DNA from: an uncultured Candidatus Saccharibacteria bacterium
Lineage (GTDB): Bacteria; Patescibacteriota; Minisyncoccia; Phycocordibacterales; UBA918
Direction: 5' to 3'
DNA length: 64,000 bases
NCBI GenBank assembly: GCA_964350985.1
Contig: CAYGLK010000002.1
Location: 165,406 to 229,405, forward strand
Position numbers and translations under genes: made by a program. The notes under the pieces were generated by a model. That model did not search any database. It was not told where the DNA came from and was given only the letters and a program-made list of their open reading frames with translations. Position 1 is the stretch's first letter; every line of letters starts with the position of its first letter. Below, piece after piece: positions 19,785 to 29,947 of this stretch.

Positions 19785-20420
19785 CTAGCCCCCAATCAAA
19801 AGCATGGTGAAGCTACGAGTCAAAACGTAAAGTGGTGGTCCGAGGAAAAGGATAAAGGCAATAATGACAACTGAGAATGAAATAGCGATATTTTGTTCCA
19901 TAAATTGACGGAAGCGATCGTAACTCATCGCTAGCGAATAAGGTAGGAATTTAGGCAGAATCTTTGAACCATCAAGCGGTGGAATCGGTACTAAGTTAAA
20001 CAGAGCCAAAAAAATGTTTAAGATAATGATATTGACTGATAGGCCAACAAAAGTGTCTGAAAGCTGTAAAATGTCGGCACTTCTGACCAAGACAGCAAAA
20101 ACTATCGCAATGAAGATATTGGCTAGTGGTCCAGCTGCAGCAACAATAGCCTCCCCCCACTTTTGGTTGGTGAAGTTGTAGGGATTGTAAGGAACTGGCT
20201 TAGCTGCACCAAAAAGGAATGGTGAACCGCTCAAAACAAGCAAGGCTGGAAGGATAACTGACATTAAAGGGTCAATATGAACAAGAGGGTTGGCTGACAA
20301 GCGTCCCTGAAGGCGTGCTGTAGGGTCGCCAAGCCAATTAGCGGCGTATCCGTGAGCCATTTCATGAATAACGACAGAAAGTACGAGAGCGACGATAATA
20401 GCGATTTGTATTGGATCCAT
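19785..20420 (-). CDS. site-2 protease family (M50)
   Basis: HEMAH and FNLVPIPPLDG motifs; start moved to MDPIQ. Confidence 0.93.
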   Translation of the reverse strand: MDPIQIAIIVALVLSVVIHEMAHGYAANWLGDPTARLQGRLSANPLVHIDPLMSVILPALLVLSGSPFLFGAAKPVPYNPYNFTNQKWGEAIVAAAGPLANIFIAIVFAVLVRSADILQLSDTFVGLSVNIIILNIFLALFNLVPIPPLDGSKILPKFLPYSLAMSYDRFRQFMEQNIAISFSVVIIAFILFLGPPLYVLTRSFTMLLIGG

Positions 20421-20495
20421 AGTGTTCTTATAGTACTTATGAAAGCTTGCAATATCAAGTATGCATGCTAGTATAGCGGGACTAAAAACAAGCAT

Positions 20496-20738
20496 ATGGC
20501 AAAACAATGCGACATCACAGGAAAGAAGACCCAAATCGGGGGACGATACAGTAACCGCACTCGTGCGACGCAGTTTAATCCGTGCGGAAAAACAAAGCGT
20601 TCACCAAACCTACAGAAGAAGAGAATCTATGTAGCAGAGTTAGGAAAGTCAGTTACAGTAAAAGTTTCTACTAAAGGACTTCGAACTATTGCAAAGAACG
20701 GAGCGTACAAAACTCTTCGAGAAGCAAAGTTGGTTTAA
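20496..20738 (+). CDS. rpmB: 50S ribosomal protein L28
   Basis: MAKQCDITGK...TKRSPNLQKKRI...KVSTKGLRTI. Confidence 0.92.
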   Translation: MAKQCDITGKKTQIGGRYSNRTRATQFNPCGKTKRSPNLQKKRIYVAELGKSVTVKVSTKGLRTIAKNGAYKTLREAKLV

Positions 20739-20785
20739 CCAAAACAAAAGACCGGCGCCCTAGGGCGCCGGTCTTTTGTTTTACT

Positions 20786-21667
20786 TTACTCAATCCATAT
20801 TTGCTGACCATCCGTTTTAAAAACTACAGTCCCCTGCTCTGCTGTCGAAAAAAGCTCAATGTTTCTTTTACTTAATTTATCTAGTACCTCAGTGTGTGGA
20901 TGTCCGTAACTATTTCCTTTACCAGCAGACACTACAGCATAATCAGGCATAACCAGATCTAAGAATAAATCAGCTGTGGCAGTCCTAGATCCGTGATGCC
21001 CCAACTTTAAAACTTCACTTTCTAAAACATCTCCATAAGTCTTACCTATGTACTCTTCAATATTTAGAGTGGCATCCCCAGTCAACATAAACTCAATATC
21101 GCCATAACGTAGCTGCAAGACAATAGACGAAGTATTACTTTCCCAACTAGTCGGATCAGAAGCGGGAGAAAAAATAACTAAGGTGGTAGATGCACCAAGC
21201 TGAATCGTTTGCCCGGCGCGAGCCAATAGAATATCACTGGTCTCATTTTTTACCGCGGAAGAAAAAGAGCTAGATACAGCTGAGTCACTGGTATTTTCGG
21301 TGGTAATAATCTTGTCTACTTGATAACGAGCAAGCACATCAACCAGTCCACCAATATGATCTTTGTCTGGATGAGTAGATAAAACAATATCTAAATCTCG
21401 ATCCCAAATCGACATTTGCCTTGGCAACTCGCGCAAGACCGTATTGTCCGGACCACCATCAATCAGCAACTGCACACCATCAAACGTCTCAATAAAAATA
21501 GCATCTCCTTGGCCAACATCTAGAAAGGCCACGGTCAAAATTTCGTCACTTAGCGAACCGGCGCTACTAGCACTCTGTTGTCCGATATAGCCTGGATATA
21601 AAAACACAAAACCAACGAGGAAAATCAGCGCTGTCAAAAACAATATCCTAGCTCGCAAAACAGACAT
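20786..21667 (-). CDS. ComEC/Rec2-type metallo-beta-lactamase fold protein (stand-alone)
   Basis: FLDVGQGDA, THPDKDHIGG, LTGDA, KLGHHGS, YGHPH. Confidence 0.92.
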   Translation of the reverse strand: MSVLRARILFLTALIFLVGFVFLYPGYIGQQSASSAGSLSDEILTVAFLDVGQGDAIFIETFDGVQLLIDGGPDNTVLRELPRQMSIWDRDLDIVLSTHPDKDHIGGLVDVLARYQVDKIITTENTSDSAVSSSFSSAVKNETSDILLARAGQTIQLGASTTLVIFSPASDPTSWESNTSSIVLQLRYGDIEFMLTGDATLNIEEYIGKTYGDVLESEVLKLGHHGSRTATADLFLDLVMPDYAVVSAGKGNSYGHPHTEVLDKLSKRNIELFSTAEQGTVVFKTDGQQIWIE

Positions 21668-21736
21668 TCTTTTATTATACAGCTCAGTATTTTTATCTCT
21701 GCTATAATATTTAAAATATAAGTTAAATACATCTAT

Positions 21737-22315
21737 ATGAATTACGAACCAAAAACATTCAACGTCCCGGAATTAGCCGGAATTAGTAAGGAAACTATTG
21801 ATGAACACATCGGTCTATACCAAGGCTACGTCAAACACGTAAATCTAATTCGCGACAAAATTACTGCCTACAGCAATGACAAAGACAACAACGGCTACGC
21901 TATTGCTGAAATGCAACGTCGTCTTGGTTTTGAGTTTGGCGGTATGCGCAATCATGAATATTACTTTACGCAATTTGAAGGTGGTGCAAAGAAGCTACCT
22001 GATGGAAAATTCAAAAATTTAATCGAAAAACAGTGGGGTAGCTTTGATGACTGGCTGGAGAGATTCACTGAGATTGCCCTTACTCGAGGAGTTGGTTGGG
22101 CGATGCTTTATTTTGATTCAAAGACAGAGCAGTTGGTTCAGACCTGGGTAGACGAACAACAACTTGGACAACTAGCTGACTTAGACATTGTCTTAGCTCT
22201 AGATATGTGGGAGCACTCATACATGTTAGATTTTCCACCAAGCAAAAAGAAAGAATACGTAAAAGCTTTTTTTGAAAATCTAAACTGGGAAGAAGTTGCT
22301 AGTCGAGTAGACTAA
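21737..22315 (+). CDS. sod: Fe/Mn superoxide dismutase family protein
   Basis: NHEYYF, WGSFDDW, GVGWA, LDMWEHSY ligand motifs. Confidence 0.88.
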   Translation: MNYEPKTFNVPELAGISKETIDEHIGLYQGYVKHVNLIRDKITAYSNDKDNNGYAIAEMQRRLGFEFGGMRNHEYYFTQFEGGAKKLPDGKFKNLIEKQWGSFDDWLERFTEIALTRGVGWAMLYFDSKTEQLVQTWVDEQQLGQLADLDIVLALDMWEHSYMLDFPPSKKKEYVKAFFENLNWEEVASRVD

Positions 22316-23982
22316 CGGAAGAAGATCGGAGTATCCGAATCAGACGGTAAGTCAGCTCCTGACTTACCGTCTGATTTTTTAGATCCATTTTTGAGGTCAG
22401 TCACGTTATCTTTTTCCTCCACAATCACCCAATTGGTTAGATCAATTTTTGCGGTTTGTGATTTCTCAGTTTTATTATTCAGTCTTAAAAGTTTTTCGCC
22501 CATTTCACTATAACCAAACTCCCCACCTTGGCTATACCTGCGCCAAATAAAATATCCAAGTAACGTATATGCGAGGATAACCAAATAAAATGGGAAGACT
22601 GGAACTGTGTAGGCAGCAAAAGGAAGTCCAGCAAACCATAGCGCCATACTGTTTATATATGTCAGAGAGAAATATGTTGGTACAGCCACTAAAGAAGATA
22701 GTGGTAGGGATACAAAACCGACTAAGCCGGTTAAAAAAGTAAGTAACATCGCCACTGGTACCATTGGTAAAACTAAAACATTAACTAGAACGGCCACAAC
22801 TGACAGCTCGCCGATTTGATATAAAAGCAAAGGCAATACTGCTACTTGAGTGGCTAAGGTAGCAATCATAAAACCCCTAATACCAATGAAGTTCGGAACA
22901 CGCGTTAGAAATGATTCTAAACCAGGAGCGATTAGAATTAGTCCGAGCGTAGCTAAAAATGAAAGCTGAAAACCAACGTCATAAACAAGTAGATGAGGAT
23001 TTATTAGAACCATAATAGCCCCAGCTAAAAGTAGTCCTCGCAAGACAAAATAAACTCGACCAGTTACTTGAACAACAAGAAGTAGTGAAGCCATGATACT
23101 GGCTCGCATTACCGTGGCAGACAGACCAACCAATAGGGCAAATAGAGTTATGGCCATAACTCCCGCTATCACTCTAGGTTTTGGTGGCAAAAAATAACCG
23201 AGGATAAACATCACAAATATAACGACTAGCATAATATTGTAGCCAGACAAAACCACAATATGAATAATACCCGTCTTTCTAAAAGCCAACTCTAACTCTT
23301 CTCCTAGGGCTTGCTTAACTCCGAGCAACAATCCCTCTCCCAAAGCAACAGCTGGTTCACTAATCACCTGCTCTAAGTTTTGCATAAATGATTGCTTAAA
23401 CTTAATCAGAGAAGCAACAATCAGATTACCCTCTCCTGAACCTAGTACGGCAACTTCAGCAAAGCTTATTTTATATTCAATTCCTTTTGCTTTTAAATAG
23501 CCAGGATAATTAAAAGTTCGACCCAAGTCAGTGGTAAAACTTTCCGGTTTTTCTAAAACACCCGTGACCGAAACAACGTCACCATAATTAATTTTTTGAT
23601 ATTTATCGACCGAGACTAGCACCGAGTCTCTTTCTGTCTCAATCTGAAGCATTGTGTTCTTGGCGCGGACATCAGGTTCTGAAACCACTATTCCTTCTAT
23701 ACTAATTTCGCTTCCAACCTTATCACTCAAAAAAGAATTACTGAAAGACTGTTCAGCAAAATCTACTCGCAAGGCACCCAAGCTTGCAGTCATGATAAAT
23801 ACCCCGATAAATAAAAAACCTCTGATCTCAACTTTATTTAAAGTGCGGTGCCAGAGTAAAGTAAAAACAAAACCAAAAAATATGAGAACTGTTATTTCTG
23901 GCAAGGAGAGTGGGAAGAAAGTAGCTAAAGCAACTCCAAGTAAGAAACTCAATGTTATTAGATAAAAATAATGAATTAGCAT
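22312..23982 (-). CDS. comEC: ComEC/Rec2 competence channel
   Basis: TGIIHIVVLSGYN, RASIM, DVGFQLSFLAT. Confidence 0.93.
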   Translation of the reverse strand: MLIHYFYLITLSFLLGVALATFFPLSLPEITVLIFFGFVFTLLWHRTLNKVEIRGFLFIGVFIMTASLGALRVDFAEQSFSNSFLSDKVGSEISIEGIVVSEPDVRAKNTMLQIETERDSVLVSVDKYQKINYGDVVSVTGVLEKPESFTTDLGRTFNYPGYLKAKGIEYKISFAEVAVLGSGEGNLIVASLIKFKQSFMQNLEQVISEPAVALGEGLLLGVKQALGEELELAFRKTGIIHIVVLSGYNIMLVVIFVMFILGYFLPPKPRVIAGVMAITLFALLVGLSATVMRASIMASLLLVVQVTGRVYFVLRGLLLAGAIMVLINPHLLVYDVGFQLSFLATLGLILIAPGLESFLTRVPNFIGIRGFMIATLATQVAVLPLLLYQIGELSVVAVLVNVLVLPMVPVAMLLTFLTGLVGFVSLPLSSLVAVPTYFSLTYINSMALWFAGLPFAAYTVPVFPFYLVILAYTLLGYFIWRRYSQGGEFGYSEMGEKLLRLNNKTEKSQTAKIDLTNWVIVEEKDNVTDLKNGSKKSDGKSGADLPSDSDTPIFFR

Positions 23983-24082
23983 TTTTTAGTCTACTCATTA
24001 TAACAATAGTGACTCAGTAAAATTTAAAATAAAAAAACCGCTGAGCGCCGGTGTTGGCGCTCGCGATGTTTGACTTTGCTGG

Positions 24083-24349
24083 CTATGCAGCGCTACGGAC
24101 AAGGCTTCCCTTGAGAGTCACTTTGACCCTCTTCAGGTGTTGCACCTCTGCACCGAGCGCGATAGAAAGAGACTGGTCCTCATTGATCATGTCGACGAGA
24201 ACATTGAGCTCTCGATGGGCAGCGATGATTTCGAGGCGAGTCATGCTACTAATCCGATTCTTGACGAAGAAATTTTTGTACTTTTGGTAAGCTTCTCTCA
24301 CCAAGTCGAAATTCGTCATCGTCGGGGACACACTTGAATCTGAACGCAT
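24083..24349 (-). CDS. hypothetical protein (start uncertain)
   Basis: GC-richer orphan ORF followed by a terminator-like sequence. Confidence 0.4.
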   Translation of the reverse strand: MRSDSSVSPTMTNFDLVREAYQKYKNFFVKNRISSMTRLEIIAAHRELNVLVDMINEDQSLSIALGAEVQHLKRVKVTLKGSLVRSAA

Positions 24350-24560
24350 AACAGCTCCCAGCTGCAGCACACGTTGTACTGCTTCAGACAGGACGATACA
24401 TTCAGATACAAAAAAAGTCAATCACACTGATGTGCGATCAACCTGTTTGGAGGGTCGCGACGAAGTCGCGACCCATCCCCTCACTTCTTCGGCTCAACCG
24501 GTCTTGGGCGACCTTTTTGCGGATACCCTCCGGTTGGTTTTCTCTTTTGTTTTTGGTGAT

Positions 24561-24872
24561 TCAAGCGACTACTCTCTGTCGCTCAGTTTCAGAAGGCGGA
24601 AAAGCCGGCAGTGGCGGCGACTCCTCTTTGAGTTGCCTGAGTCGGATTGACATCCAAGACTTCCAAGCAACCAACCTGGTAAAGGTAGGCACCCCGTAGT
24701 GCACGCCTTCTTTGCGACACTCAGTGACCAGCTGGCCGATTTCTTCATAAAGTTTTTCTACATCCTTCACACTGAGTGCGAAATTCTCTCCGCTTTCGTT
24801 GAGTTCGGATAGACGCAGGATCATTCTATCAAGCCTCTCGGTCAAAGACTCTACTTGCTTTCTGACTTTCAT
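24561..24872 (-). CDS. hypothetical protein
   Basis: ORF from MKVRKQ with an AGGTG SD-like sequence. Confidence 0.45.
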   Translation of the reverse strand: MKVRKQVESLTERLDRMILRLSELNESGENFALSVKDVEKLYEEIGQLVTECRKEGVHYGVPTFTRLVAWKSWMSIRLRQLKEESPPLPAFPPSETERQRVVA

Positions 24873-25030
24873 TTTGTCGCACCTATGCAGCACTCCATGT
24901 GCTGCTCCGTGTTGGAATATAACAAACACATACAATAACGCAAGTAACATTTGTGATCTTTACAAGCTAACTCATTTAAAAAAGAACGAACCACCCCGAG
25001 GGGTGGTTTTGATCGCAACCCACCGGGTTG

Positions 25031-25261
25031 CTATTTGACAGTTTGTTCAAGGCTGTTTCGCAGGCCAACAAGCCTCTTCCGGCGCAGTGGGTCGTTCCTT
25101 ACTTCGGCGATGGCTCTCAAGACCATCGTGAGGAAGGCCTTTGCTTTCTTCAAGCAGCGAAATTCCCTCTTGGTCTGCAAGAAACCCTCGACCCTATCCA
25201 ATGGGTCTTTCTTTTCTGCAGCCTTTTGGTTCGATTTCCGGTGTCTTTTCGGCTTGGACAT
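25031..25261 (-). CDS. small basic hypothetical protein
   Basis: MSKPKRHRK..., GAGGGAG SD, terminator hairpin downstream. Confidence 0.5.
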   Translation of the reverse strand: MSKPKRHRKSNQKAAEKKDPLDRVEGFLQTKREFRCLKKAKAFLTMVLRAIAEVRNDPLRRKRLVGLRNSLEQTVK

Positions 25262-25334
25262 TAGCGTCTCTCCCTCAGCACGGGATGTGCTGCCAAAAGT
25301 GAATATAGCAAAAAATCTGACTCTAGTAAACTGT

Positions 25335-25754
25335 TTATTTACCGTCCAAGGCCTCATTAACTAAACGATCGGCCTCTTTGTTTTTTTCTCGTGGAACGTG
25401 GACAAAAGTAATGTTAGGAAAACTAGCAACCCGCATATTATGAATCTCAATAAACATTGGTACTAGACCGGGTTCTTTTATTTGATAGATGCCGCTTAGC
25501 TGCTTTTGGACCAATTCACTATCAAGACGAATCTCAAACTGCATTGTTTTAGACTTCTTACCATAGAGCTGCTTAAGTGTTTGTAGAGCGAGCATAACTC
25601 CGTAATACTCAGCAAAGTTGTTAGTGGCATTTCCGAGAGTCTTTTTTTCCTCATGAACTACTTCTCCTTTAACGTCAGTAATATAAACTCCAGCGGCCGC
25701 TGGTCCTGGGTTACCTCGTGACCCTCCGTCAGTGTAAGTAATTATTTTTTCCAT
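25335..25754 (-). CDS. rnhA: ribonuclease HI family protein
   Basis: YTDGGSRGNPGPA, TNNFAEY, DSELV, HVPREKNKEADRL. Confidence 0.93.
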   Translation of the reverse strand: MEKIITYTDGGSRGNPGPAAAGVYITDVKGEVVHEEKKTLGNATNNFAEYYGVMLALQTLKQLYGKKSKTMQFEIRLDSELVQKQLSGIYQIKEPGLVPMFIEIHNMRVASFPNITFVHVPREKNKEADRLVNEALDGK

Positions 25755-25791
25755 TTCGTTCATTATAACAAAAATCGATCTAAAACACGAC

Positions 25792-27492
25792 TTAGAGAAT
25801 ATCGACAATACGAAGTCTCGTTTGTAGTCGGTTCATAAAATAACTCTCCTCAAAGTGCACCAACAAAGAACACTCCGCTTCGGTAGTCGGAGTACTGGAA
25901 AACTGAGTGACTGTCTTAAAGAAAGCAATAGCTTCTTTAGCTAAACCTCTAGTATCGAAAGATAACTTAGTATGTTCCTTAGCTTTACCAAAAGCAGTAA
26001 CGGCTGTGGGGCGAACTTTATTGATTAAATACAATGGCTTGCGATTATCACAACCAAAGGGAGCACATTGTCTTTGGGCTCGAAGTAACTCGTGATCAAA
26101 TTGATCTAGGGTAAGTGTCATATCAACCAACAGTGGCTCAGAAACAGCTGCTGCCGCACCTAGTTTCTTATACGCTCCAAGCAAACCTTCAGCTAGGTCG
26201 TGGATTTTTTCTTCATTGACCGAAAAACCGCCAGCAACATGATGCCCACCAAACTCAGAGAAAATTTCTGGAATCTCCTCCATTAGACGAACAACACTTA
26301 TGCCACCGCCTGAACGACAAGAACCTTTAATAACACCGTTGCCATCTCGACCCCACAAAAAAGCCGGTCGATTATTTTCTTCAGCTAACTTTCCGGCGGC
26401 TAAACCGACCAAGGAAGGTCTCCACTCTGTGTTACCAAGGACAATCACCTCAGGTAGCTCAATCATTTTTTTTAGACGAACATGAACCTCTTTGGTCATT
26501 TGCGCCACAGCTGATTTGCGATCAGTGTTTAGCTTTTCTAGGTGCTTTAGATATTTGCCAGCTTCACCTTCGTCTGTTGTCGCCAGAAGATTAAAAGCGT
26601 CTTCAGGAGTATCCATCCGCGACGCGGCGTTTATCCTTGGACCTATTGAAAAACCGATATCATCTTCAGCTAAATAATTCTGGTTAATTTTTTGTTTACG
26701 AAGTAACTGCTGCAAGCCTGGACGTCGGGACTTTCGTAAAACTGTTAGTCCGTAGTGAGCGAGGACGCGATTCTCATCTGTTAGCGGCACCATGTCAGCA
26801 ATCGTAGCAATGCCTACCATATCTAAAAACCACTTTTCCTGTCCTTCTTTCAAATCAAACTTTCCACGCTCAATCAGAGCTTGCACCAACTTAAAAACAA
26901 CTGCCGCGCCGCATAAGCCAGAAAAAGGATACGTGTCACCTACTTTTGGATTTACTACTGCTACTGCTTCAGGTAAATTTTCTTTTGGTTCATGGTGATC
27001 AGTGATAATGACGTCAATATTGTTTTCCTTAGCCAACTTCACCGCTTCAATATCAGTGGTCCCACAATCAATGGTGATAATCAGAGCAGGGTTTTGTTCT
27101 TCTTTTAACTTCAAAACTGCTTTTTCACTTAAACCAAAACCATCAAAATGACGATGTGGAATATGATTATAAAAATTTTCAAAACCGATAGCTTTGAAAA
27201 AATCATGAAGGACAACTGCGCCTGGAATACCGTCACAGTCATAGTCACTGTAAATAATTACTCTTTCGTTTTTAGAGATCGCTTTCAAAACTCTAGTGAC
27301 TGCTTTTTCCATATCGTGTAAAAGAAATGGATCATGCAGCTTTTCAGCGTAAGAAGGATTCAAAAAATCTTCTGCAGCTGCAGTATTTTTTATTCCTCGA
27401 TTAAAAAGTAAAGTTCTAAGAACCTCACTATAATTAGATAACTCCTGGTTGGTTTCATCAGAGAGAGATGGTAAAACCTCAAAGATAGACAT
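25792..27492 (-). CDS. recJ: single-stranded DNA exonuclease RecJ
   Basis: DYDCDG, TIDCG, TDHH, GPRINAASR, GSCRS, GGH. Confidence 0.96.
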   Translation of the reverse strand: MSIFEVLPSLSDETNQELSNYSEVLRTLLFNRGIKNTAAAEDFLNPSYAEKLHDPFLLHDMEKAVTRVLKAISKNERVIIYSDYDCDGIPGAVVLHDFFKAIGFENFYNHIPHRHFDGFGLSEKAVLKLKEEQNPALIITIDCGTTDIEAVKLAKENNIDVIITDHHEPKENLPEAVAVVNPKVGDTYPFSGLCGAAVVFKLVQALIERGKFDLKEGQEKWFLDMVGIATIADMVPLTDENRVLAHYGLTVLRKSRRPGLQQLLRKQKINQNYLAEDDIGFSIGPRINAASRMDTPEDAFNLLATTDEGEAGKYLKHLEKLNTDRKSAVAQMTKEVHVRLKKMIELPEVIVLGNTEWRPSLVGLAAGKLAEENNRPAFLWGRDGNGVIKGSCRSGGGISVVRLMEEIPEIFSEFGGHHVAGGFSVNEEKIHDLAEGLLGAYKKLGAAAAVSEPLLVDMTLTLDQFDHELLRAQRQCAPFGCDNRKPLYLINKVRPTAVTAFGKAKEHTKLSFDTRGLAKEAIAFFKTVTQFSSTPTTEAECSLLVHFEESYFMNRLQTRLRIVDIL

Positions 27493-27537
27493 ATAACCCA
27501 TGTTAACACGAGCTGTAATTACGGTATACTATTCAGC

Positions 27538-27954
27538 ATGATTGATACAATTTTTAGCAAAATAATTGCTCGAGAAATTCCTGCAAACATTGTTTATGAA
27601 GATGATTTAGTGTTGGCTTTTCTAGACATCACACCAGTGAATCATGGACACACTTTGGTGATACCTAAAAAACCTTTTGTGGATATTTTTGATGGAGATA
27701 CGGAGACTCTAGCGCAGATGATGCGGGTTGCACAAAAAATTTCCCTAGCGTTAAAACAGTGCGGTTTAGCAGAAGGGGTTAACCTGATCATGAATAACGG
27801 TGAAGCTGCTGGACAAGAAGTCTTTCATTCTCACCTTCATGTAGTTCCGAGAATTACCGGTGACGAGGTATTTCTAAAACCTAAACACGTAGAAAATCCA
27901 ACCGATAAATTTGAAGAAGTGACAGAAAAATTAACAAAAGCCCTGGCTAACTAA
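27538..27954 (+). CDS. HIT family hydrolase
   Basis: GHTLVIPK, GQEVFHSHLHVVPR. Confidence 0.95.
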   Translation: MIDTIFSKIIAREIPANIVYEDDLVLAFLDITPVNHGHTLVIPKKPFVDIFDGDTETLAQMMRVAQKISLALKQCGLAEGVNLIMNNGEAAGQEVFHSHLHVVPRITGDEVFLKPKHVENPTDKFEEVTEKLTKALAN

Positions 27955-27984
27955 AGCTCGGGCTTTTGTTTATACTTTAAATAA

Positions 27985-29109
27985 TTATTTTTGGAGCTTA
28001 TCCAAAACTGGAGTTGTTCCGTGTTCAAGCAGAGTAAGCATCGACCCGCCGCCAATAGAGACAAAGCCGAACTGTTCGTTTAAGCCTAGCTTTTCAACCG
28101 CTGCTACTGTATCTCCGCCTCCAAGGACACTAAAGCCTGGCGCCTCAGCGATAAGTTTTGCGACCGCTTCAGTACTATCTACAAATCCCGCCTCGTAATT
28201 CCCAAATGGTCCATTCCACAAAATGGTCTTTGCCTCTTGTATATATGACGTTAGCATAGCTACAGTGTCAGGACCCATATCCATAATTTTTTCTTCAGGT
28301 AGCACTTGATCTACTGGTTTTGTCAGCACCCCTTCTGGGCCATCAACAATAACGTCAATTGGTAAAAGTAGTTTTTTGTTATTTAAAAACGAAGCCCCTT
28401 CCAGAGAAACTTCAGATACTAAAGACTTGCCTACTTCAAAACCTTTGGCTTTAAGAATATCATTGGTTAACGCTCCTCCAATAAACACGTGATCGTAAAG
28501 ATCAAGATACTTTTCTACCAAAGGCATCTTGGTTTCAAACTTAGCTCCTCCAAGTAAAAAGAGGGCTGGTTTTTCTGGCTGCATCACCTTAGCTACTCCA
28601 GTAACTTCAGCCGCTAATGCGATACCGGCGTAAGCTGGTAATACTTCTGCCAATCCAAGAGTCGATGCATGATCACGATGCACTTCTGCAAAAGCGTCGT
28701 TGACATAGAGATCCACTCCTTCGGCCATAACCGTTACCAACTCTTGATTGTTTTCTTCTTCACGAGAGTCTTGTCTTAGGTTTTCACAAAATAAAATCTC
28801 GCCGTCTTTCATTGATTCAAGTTTTTGAGTAAAGTCTGCATCAGTGATTTTTCCGCCCCAGGTCATTTCTAGTGAATTTTTTAGTTCTTCAAAAACAGGA
28901 TATAGGGTCTCTTCTGGTTCACGTCCAATATGCGAGATAACTATTGTGCGAGCTCCTTTTTCTTTTAAATACTCAAGGGTTGGCAACGCGCGGCGAAGTC
29001 GGAAAGAATTACGGACCTTTCCATCCACTAGTGGTACGTTGCAAGAAGACCTAACTAAAACAACTTTTCCTTGAAGGCCTTCGACTTCTGTTATTACTTT
29101 AAGATCCAT
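27985..29109 (-). CDS. pgk: phosphoglycerate kinase
   Basis: SHIGR, ENLR, NDAF, GGAK, WNGP, GGGDT, SIGGGS. Confidence 0.96.
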   Translation of the reverse strand: MDLKVITEVEGLQGKVVLVRSSCNVPLVDGKVRNSFRLRRALPTLEYLKEKGARTIVISHIGREPEETLYPVFEELKNSLEMTWGGKITDADFTQKLESMKDGEILFCENLRQDSREEENNQELVTVMAEGVDLYVNDAFAEVHRDHASTLGLAEVLPAYAGIALAAEVTGVAKVMQPEKPALFLLGGAKFETKMPLVEKYLDLYDHVFIGGALTNDILKAKGFEVGKSLVSEVSLEGASFLNNKKLLLPIDVIVDGPEGVLTKPVDQVLPEEKIMDMGPDTVAMLTSYIQEAKTILWNGPFGNYEAGFVDSTEAVAKLIAEAPGFSVLGGGDTVAAVEKLGLNEQFGFVSIGGGSMLTLLEHGTTPVLDKLQK

Positions 29110-29112
29110 AGA

Positions 29113-29877
29113 TTATTTTTTTGTTTCTGTTGCTTTAATAATAGCGGTAAAATCTTTTGCCAATAGACTAGCTCCTCCGACCAAAAATCCAGTCATGCCA
29201 CTTTGTGAATACAATACTTCTGCGTTACTTTCTTTAACCGACCCCCCATAGATAAGACGAACCTTTTCAGCGGTCTTTCGATCAAATAACTTTGTTAAAG
29301 TACTAACAATAAAAAGCTGAATTTCCTTAACGTCTTCCGCTGTCGCTGTCTGTCCAGTACCAATAGCCCATATCGGCTCGTAGGCAATAACTATTTTAGA
29401 GAGTTGTGGAGTTAAAAGATCAGTAGTTAATTCTTTAATTTGATTTGCCAGGTGATTAAAAAACTGACCTTGGGTGTCTCTTTTTATTTCACCAATACAA
29501 ACTACTGGAGTCAGTTTTCTTTTTAATAGAGCGTGCACTTTTTTATTCACTTGCTTATCAGTTTCACCTAAAGCTCTCCTCTCTGAGTGACCAACTATTA
29601 CGTACTCTACTCCATAGTTAGCTAACATCGCTGGGCCAATCTCTCCGGTTACAGCTCCTCTTTCCTCGTAGTGTGAATCTTGGGCCGCAAGTCTCACCTG
29701 ATCGTTGGCTAACTTTGAGACTTCAGGAATAAAAAGAAATGGAGGCGCAATGACAACTTTTGCTGAGATTGTTTTAGGTAATGCTTTTTTTACATCACTA
29801 AATAAAGTCTTTGCTTCAAGTGCATTTCCTGGGTTAAGCTTCCAATTTCCGATAACTAAGGCTTGTTGGTGTTTCAT
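29113..29877 (-). CDS. tpiA: triosephosphate isomerase
   Basis: GNWK, GHSERR, AYEPIWAIGTG, YGGSV, LVGGASL. Confidence 0.98.
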   Translation of the reverse strand: MKHQQALVIGNWKLNPGNALEAKTLFSDVKKALPKTISAKVVIAPPFLFIPEVSKLANDQVRLAAQDSHYEERGAVTGEIGPAMLANYGVEYVIVGHSERRALGETDKQVNKKVHALLKRKLTPVVCIGEIKRDTQGQFFNHLANQIKELTTDLLTPQLSKIVIAYEPIWAIGTGQTATAEDVKEIQLFIVSTLTKLFDRKTAEKVRLIYGGSVKESNAEVLYSQSGMTGFLVGGASLLAKDFTAIIKATETKK

Positions 29878-29947
29878 ATGACAAAATTGTAGCATATAGA
29901 AAAAGAGTCAGGCCGGTGAGGCCTGACTCTTTTTCTATAACTTTTAG

